A DNA stretch of 64,000 nt, taken from Gemmatimonadota bacterium (lineage in GTDB: Bacteria; JBHIER01; G020348925). Positions 59,113-64,000 of the stretch are shown here, one piece after another (position 1 is the first letter of the stretch; every line of letters begins with the position of its first letter). A program made the translations under genes and the position numbers. The DNA lies in NCBI GenBank assembly GCA_020348925.1, contig CP070758.1, forward strand, positions 62,001 to 126,000. Reading direction: 5' to 3'. The notes beneath the pieces were generated by a model, which worked only from the letters and a program-made list of their open reading frames with translations, did no database searches and was not told where the DNA came from.

Positions 59113-59955
59113 ATGTTGCGTTTCTTCTCTTTTCTCGGACGTCATAAAAAAGTTGTCGTCCTCGCAGGAGCCATCAGCCTTTCCAGCTGGATGCTTTCTC
59201 TGGGGGAACACGAGAAGTTCAAGATGGCGACAGCCGTTTCGACGTCGATTCTCCAGGTGGGACAACGGGGATTTTCGTGGTCCATCCGTCTCGTGCATCT
59301 TCAGCGGGAGCATGAGGAACTGCGGCGAAAGGCGGCGGAATTATCCCTGGAAATCAGTCAGCTGCGGGAAGCGAAAGAGGAGAACGAGCGACTGCGGGAA
59401 CTCCTGGAATTTGAGGAGAGAAGTCACTTTGAACTTCTTCCCGCCAAAGTGATCGGATGGGGCACGGACCGTACGGTCAATTCTATCGTAATAAACGTTG
59501 GACAACGAAAGGGCGTCGAAAAAAATATGCCGGTCATTACACCCGCGGGGCTGGTCGGAAAAGTGTATCGGGCGATGCCGTTCGTGTCGGTCGTTCAGCT
59601 TCTGCTGGATCCCAACTGCCGCGTCAGCGCCCTCGTTCAGCGGAGCAGGACGTCCGGTATTTTGGGGTGGGAGCGCGGTGACCGATGCTTTCTGAACAAT
59701 GTCCCGATCCGAGGTGATGTGCGGGAGGGTGATGTGCTCGTGACCTCAGGTATGGGCGGAGTCTTTCCCAAAGGACTTCTGCTCGGGCATGTCTCACAGA
59801 TATCCGGCGATGAATGGCGTCTGTTTAAGGAGATTCGGGTCATCCCGGCGGTCGATTTTGCACGTCTGGAGGAGGTATTCGTACTAATTTATGAGGATCT
59901 TGAGAAATCTTCTGCTGATGGTCGCGGCGCTGTTGATACAATCGACGCTCGCTGA
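59113..59955 (+). CDS. mreC: Rod shape-determining protein MreC
   Basis: ENERLRELL, GLVGKV, TSGMGGVFPKG. Confidence 0.95.
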   Translation: MLRFFSFLGRHKKVVVLAGAISLSSWMLSLGEHEKFKMATAVSTSILQVGQRGFSWSIRLVHLQREHEELRRKAAELSLEISQLREAKEENERLRELLEFEERSHFELLPAKVIGWGTDRTVNSIVINVGQRKGVEKNMPVITPAGLVGKVYRAMPFVSVVQLLLDPNCRVSALVQRSRTSGILGWERGDRCFLNNVPIRGDVREGDVLVTSGMGGVFPKGLLLGHVSQISGDEWRLFKEIRVIPAVDFARLEEVFVLIYEDLEKSSADGRGAVDTIDAR

Positions 59956-60397
59956 GCTCATCTCTGTTCAGCAGATCAAACCGGACTTTGTCCTCATCGT
60001 ACTGGTTTTCATGAGCCTTTCGGACGGTCACATTATGGGTACGACATTCGGCTTTCTCAGCGGTTGGATTCAAGATGTGTATGCACCTCAATATCTGGGA
60101 TTGAACGCCTTGTGCAAATCTATCGTGGGCTTCTTTGTCGGGTACGGCTCCGGCGGAGTCATCGAGAGCAATCTGGTGGTGCAGGGGATCATTCTCTTTG
60201 TGGCCACGCTCTTTCATGATGCGCTCTATTTTCTCATCTATTCGTGGAACACTGCGGATGGATACGGGTGGTATCTGCTGCGCTATGGTCTGCCCACCGC
60301 TCTGTATACGACAATCGCAGGTGTCCTGGTCTTTTCTCTCCTGTCACTTCGAAGAAGGAGAACGCTTCGCTATGCGGACAGGTTCGTATCAAGGTAG
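59891..60397 (+). CDS. mreD: Rod shape-determining protein MreD
   Basis: IKPDFVLI, GWIQD, GLNAL; position between mreC and mrdA. Confidence 0.9.
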   Translation: MRILRNLLLMVAALLIQSTLAELISVQQIKPDFVLIVLVFMSLSDGHIMGTTFGFLSGWIQDVYAPQYLGLNALCKSIVGFFVGYGSGGVIESNLVVQGIILFVATLFHDALYFLIYSWNTADGYGWYLLRYGLPTALYTTIAGVLVFSLLSLRRRRTLRYADRFVSR

Positions 60398-62204
60398 GCG
60401 ATTTTATGTCGAAGGGAAAGATCGAACGGTCTTGTGGGGCATCATTGTTCTGTTCCTTCTGTTGGGAATGCGACTCTTTTCCCTCCAGGTGATCAAAGGC
60501 GAGCACTATCTTCAGATCTCCGAAGAAAATCGCATCCGCCTGGTACCGATTGAAGCCCCGAGAGGTCTCATTTTCGACAGAAACGGGACGCTTCTGGTAG
60601 AGAATTTTCCCTCGTATACGGTCTCCATCCTGCCGCAGGAAGTATCGAATATCGATGCCACTCTGGAGCGGCTTGGATCCGTGATCGATCTCCAGCGTCC
60701 TCAACCCGTGCCACTTCACGATCGTCGCAGTTTCAATTTCGCCCCGATTAAGCTGAAACGGGACGTCTCTTTTGATATTGTCTCCTATGTCGAAGAGCAC
60801 CGGTTGGAATTGCCTGGTGTTCTGTGTCAAGTGGAACCGAAGAGACGCTACAACTGCGGTCCGGCAGGTGCCCATGTCTTGGGTTACACCGGGGAGATAT
60901 CCGAAAGGGAGCTCAAGAGATACTACGCCCGCGGATATCTCAGTGGTTGGGCCATAGGCAAGGAGGGCGTGGAACGTTCGTACGAGGGTGATCTCAAGGG
61001 GAGCAACGGATTGCGGTATCTGGAGGTGGACGCCAGAGGTCGTGAGGTGGGACTGTTGGCCGGAAAGGATCCCATTTCACCTGTACCTGGCAAGAATCTG
61101 CATCTGACCATCGATATTCGGCTTCAACGTGTTGCCGAGGAGGTTTTCGAGGAGGGCTGGATTGGGGCCCTGGTGGCTCTCGATCCTCAGACAGGCGAGA
61201 TCCTGGCCATGGTGAGCAAGCCTGCGTTTGATCCGAACCAATTTTCAGCGGTCATGACCGCTGAAAATTGGGAGAAGATCTATACGGATCCGTGTCATCC
61301 TCTCCTCAACAGAGCCGTCTCGTCATCATATCCACCAGGATCGACGCTCAAAATCCTCACAGCTGCTGCAGGCCTCGAGGTGGGACTCATTTCCACGAAG
61401 ACGAGATTTCAACCGTGTACCGGTGAAATGAAATTTGGGAATCGTGTCTTTCACTGTTGGGTTCCGGAGGGACACGGGGCGATGACTGTCCGGGGAGCCC
61501 TGATTCAATCCTGCGACGTCTTTTTTTACCAGCTCGGACAGAGACTTGGGGTGGATACCTGGTCTCAGTATGCGGCCTTTTTCGGTCTGGGAAACACTAT
61601 GGGGATCGATTTGGGAGGGGAGGAGGGTGGTCTTGTGCCGGATTCCGATTATTACAACAGATTGTTGGGTAAACGAAAGTGGAGTCCGAACGTCATTCTG
61701 AACCTGGCCGTGGGACAGGGTGAGTTGCTGGTGACCCCCCTTCAATTGGCAGTTTTTGCGGGTATCATCGGGACGGAGGGCACATGGTGTCAACCTCACG
61801 TCCTCAAGGGCATTGAATTATCCCAGTCGAATGCCATGATTGAGAAGAACGTTCTTGTGAAACACGTCCCTGAGGTTTCGAAGGAGACGTTGAAAACGAT
61901 GAAAAAAGCGATGGTCGATGTGGTCAACAGCACCTGGGGGACGGGCAAAGCGGCGGCGATTGAGGGTGTGGCTGTGGGCGGGAAAACGGGGACATCGCAG
62001 AATCCTCATGGTGACGATCACGCTCTGTTCATGTGCTTTGCCCCGGCCGATGATCCTGTTATTGCCCTGGCCGTCATCGTTGAGAACGGCGGGAAAGGGG
62101 GGCGTGTCGCCGCGCCCTTGGCGAAAAGGGTCATTGAGGCCTATCTGTTTGACAGGTACGAGGAGAAGTACGTCTATGGCCAACCGACGACTGAGAAATT
62201 TTGA
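60372..62204 (+). CDS. mrdA: Penicillin-binding protein 2
   Basis: APRGLIFDRNG, YPPGSTLK (SxxK), QSCD, GKTGT. Confidence 0.96.
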   Translation: MRTGSYQGRRFYVEGKDRTVLWGIIVLFLLLGMRLFSLQVIKGEHYLQISEENRIRLVPIEAPRGLIFDRNGTLLVENFPSYTVSILPQEVSNIDATLERLGSVIDLQRPQPVPLHDRRSFNFAPIKLKRDVSFDIVSYVEEHRLELPGVLCQVEPKRRYNCGPAGAHVLGYTGEISERELKRYYARGYLSGWAIGKEGVERSYEGDLKGSNGLRYLEVDARGREVGLLAGKDPISPVPGKNLHLTIDIRLQRVAEEVFEEGWIGALVALDPQTGEILAMVSKPAFDPNQFSAVMTAENWEKIYTDPCHPLLNRAVSSSYPPGSTLKILTAAAGLEVGLISTKTRFQPCTGEMKFGNRVFHCWVPEGHGAMTVRGALIQSCDVFFYQLGQRLGVDTWSQYAAFFGLGNTMGIDLGGEEGGLVPDSDYYNRLLGKRKWSPNVILNLAVGQGELLVTPLQLAVFAGIIGTEGTWCQPHVLKGIELSQSNAMIEKNVLVKHVPEVSKETLKTMKKAMVDVVNSTWGTGKAAAIEGVAVGGKTGTSQNPHGDDHALFMCFAPADDPVIALAVIVENGGKGGRVAAPLAKRVIEAYLFDRYEEKYVYGQPTTEKF

Positions 62205-63402
62205 TTTCGTTCTTTCGGTGTCCGTCATCATCCTGGCATGCTTCGGTGTCCTGATTATTTTCAGCGCGACCCATACGAACTCCTCGCCGGCGGAACGGTC
62301 ACTCTATCAGAAGCAGATTGTGTGGCTGGTTATCGGCTTTGCGGGATTGGCCCTGATGAGTGCGATTCCCCATAAAATTTTCTACCTCTTGTCGTACATC
62401 ATGTATCTCGCCGCGCTGCTGTCGCTGGCCGGTCTGTTTTTCGTTCCGGCATCGTTTTCCGAAGCGTTTCGGTGGTACCGTATTGGTCCGCTGAGCTTTC
62501 AACCCTCTGAGCTGGCCAAAATTGCAACGATCTTTGCGGTAGCGCGGTATCTCTCGACGAGAGAAATTGAAAAGGGGAAACTGGGCGACCTCTTTGTCCC
62601 TCTTTTTCTCGTGGCCGTTCCGGCCTTACTCGTCCTTCGCCAGCCCGATCTTGGGACGGCGCTCGTGTTCGTTGCCATCCTCTTTCCGATGCTCTACTGG
62701 AGCGGACTCGGTGTGGCCCGCCTCTTCTTTCTCGTTTCACCGGGGGTCAATGTTCTGCTCTCCTTTAATTGGATCGCCTGGACGTGTTTTATGTTCGTTC
62801 TCTTCGGATCGCTGTATGTCGTAAAGCCGAAGGTGAGCATCATCTTCGCCGTCGTTCTGGTCAATGTCTCCGTTGGTCTCGCCACGCCGTATTTATGGAA
62901 CAACGTCCTGCATGAGTACCAACGAAAGCGCGTCATCGCCTTCGTGAACCCGGAGAAGGATCCCCTGGGTATGGGGTATCAGGTTATCCAATCGAAGGTT
63001 GCCGTCGGATCGGGCAGTTTTACGGGAAAAGGATTTTTACAGGGGACGCAGACAAAACTCGACTTCCTTCCGAAACAGCATACCGATTTCATCTTCGCCG
63101 TTGTGGCTGAGGAGTTTGGTTTTCTGGGCTCGGTGTTGATCCTGTCGATCTTCGGATTGATGGTCTATCGCGGGTTGAGGATCGCAGCTCAGGTGCGCAA
63201 CAGTTACGCCAGCCTGGTCGCGATCGGCGTGGTCACTGTCTTCGTGTTCCATATTGTCGTGAACATCGGCATGACCCTGGGGATCATGCCTGTGGTCGGA
63301 TTGCCCTTACCGTTTTTAAGCTACGGCGGATCGTCCCTCCTGGCCAATATGTGTATGGTGGGATTATTGCTGAACATCGGTGTCAGACGATACGCCTACT
63401 GA
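62176..63402 (+). CDS. rodA: Rod shape-determining protein RodA (SEDS)
   Basis: FQPSELAK, QPDLGT, HTDFIF, SYGGSS. Confidence 0.96.
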   Translation: MANRRLRNFDFVLSVSVIILACFGVLIIFSATHTNSSPAERSLYQKQIVWLVIGFAGLALMSAIPHKIFYLLSYIMYLAALLSLAGLFFVPASFSEAFRWYRIGPLSFQPSELAKIATIFAVARYLSTREIEKGKLGDLFVPLFLVAVPALLVLRQPDLGTALVFVAILFPMLYWSGLGVARLFFLVSPGVNVLLSFNWIAWTCFMFVLFGSLYVVKPKVSIIFAVVLVNVSVGLATPYLWNNVLHEYQRKRVIAFVNPEKDPLGMGYQVIQSKVAVGSGSFTGKGFLQGTQTKLDFLPKQHTDFIFAVVAEEFGFLGSVLILSIFGLMVYRGLRIAAQVRNSYASLVAIGVVTVFVFHIVVNIGMTLGIMPVVGLPLPFLSYGGSSLLANMCMVGLLLNIGVRRYAY

Positions 63403-63433
63403 CCTTTGATCGGAAATAATCACGAGGAGTTGT

Positions 63434-64000
63434 ATGCATACGACGTTGTTTCAACTGGGTCCATTCGCGATTCGGAGTTACGGTCTGATGCTGGCCCTCT
63501 CTTTTCTGTGCGGCATTCTTCTGGCCAGACGACGGGTGACAAGGATGGGGATTGACGCTCAACGGATAATGGACCTGGCCGTTGTGGTTATTGTCTCCTC
63601 GATTGTAGGCTCGCGAGCGTTGTACGTCCTCTTTCATCTTGAGGAATTTTCCGCAAATCCTCTGGACATCATTAATCCTTTTCAGAGCTCAGGGGAGGTT
63701 GGTATCCAGGGATTGACCATGTACGGCGGGGTGCTTCTCTCCATCATCGCCAGCCTCTGGTTTCTGCGGCGCCATGGCCTGCCGATCTGGAAGATAGCGG
63801 ATGCGATTGCTCCCTCCATTGCCCTGGGCGTCTTTCTGACGCGAATTGGCTGCTTTTTAAACGGGTGTTGCTTCGGCAAGCCTGGGGACTACCCGTGGTG
63901 CGTCGTGTTTCCCCCTGAAAGTGCCGCCGGTTACTTTTTCCCCCACCAACATATTCACCCGACGCAATTATACGCCTCCCTGTACGGACTTCTTATTTTC
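63434..64000 (+). CDS. lgt: Prolipoprotein diacylglyceryl transferase (runs off window end)
   Basis: Manual translation MHTTLFQLGPFAIRSYGLM...GSRALY...MYGG...RIGCFLNGCCFG...HPTQLY; SD GAGGAG. Confidence 0.93.
   Translation, partial: MHTTLFQLGPFAIRSYGLMLALSFLCGILLARRRVTRMGIDAQRIMDLAVVVIVSSIVGSRALYVLFHLEEFSANPLDIINPFQSSGEVGIQGLTMYGGVLLSIIASLWFLRRHGLPIWKIADAIAPSIALGVFLTRIGCFLNGCCFGKPGDYPWCVVFPPESAAGYFFPHQHIHPTQLYASLYGLLIF

Overview
Scaffolded window from a diderm bacterium. The 'QNYPNPFNP...K(R/K)M(L/V)L(L/M)K' C-terminal sorting tails suggest an FCB-associated candidate lineage such as KSB1, Zixibacteria or TA06; this is an inference. Three 100-N gaps (31948-32047, 40265-40364, 45061-45160) join unrelated truncated genes, so the window is effectively four segments. 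Segment 1 (1-31947, all minus strand) holds a partial M1 aminopeptidase, an XPB-like helicase/DUF790 nuclease pair, and a ~18 kb island of exported proteins built from dockerin, cohesin and FlgD-Ig/T9SS-type CTD modules. The island comprises two disrupted S8 proteases, two LVIVD propeller-dockerin proteins, a three-cohesin/one-dockerin scaffoldin-like protein, a BNR propeller-dockerin protein and a Reg_prop propeller-CTD protein. It also contains duplicated promoters/leaders, orphan Shine-Dalgarno motifs and a candidate sRNA. It is followed by a C25 peptidase-pgsB-pgsC-pgsW poly-gamma-glutamate operon extended by an unknown repeat protein, an outer-membrane beta-barrel and an LVIVD lipoprotein. 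Segment 2 is an H+-type F1Fo ATP synthase operon with three spacers colonised by REP-like elements and a four-helix-bundle gene, plus a CPA2 antiporter. Segment 3 is two tandem paralogous Cys/Trp/Pro-rich cohesin-bearing surface proteins. Segment 4 is an integron cassette array with four attC sites and no integrase visible, followed by housekeeping genes (def, pcm, purN-purC-purH, mreBCD-mrdA-rodA, lgt). The best candidates for undescribed systems are the non-cellulolytic cohesin-dockerin complex and the PGA operon with a putative outer-membrane export module.
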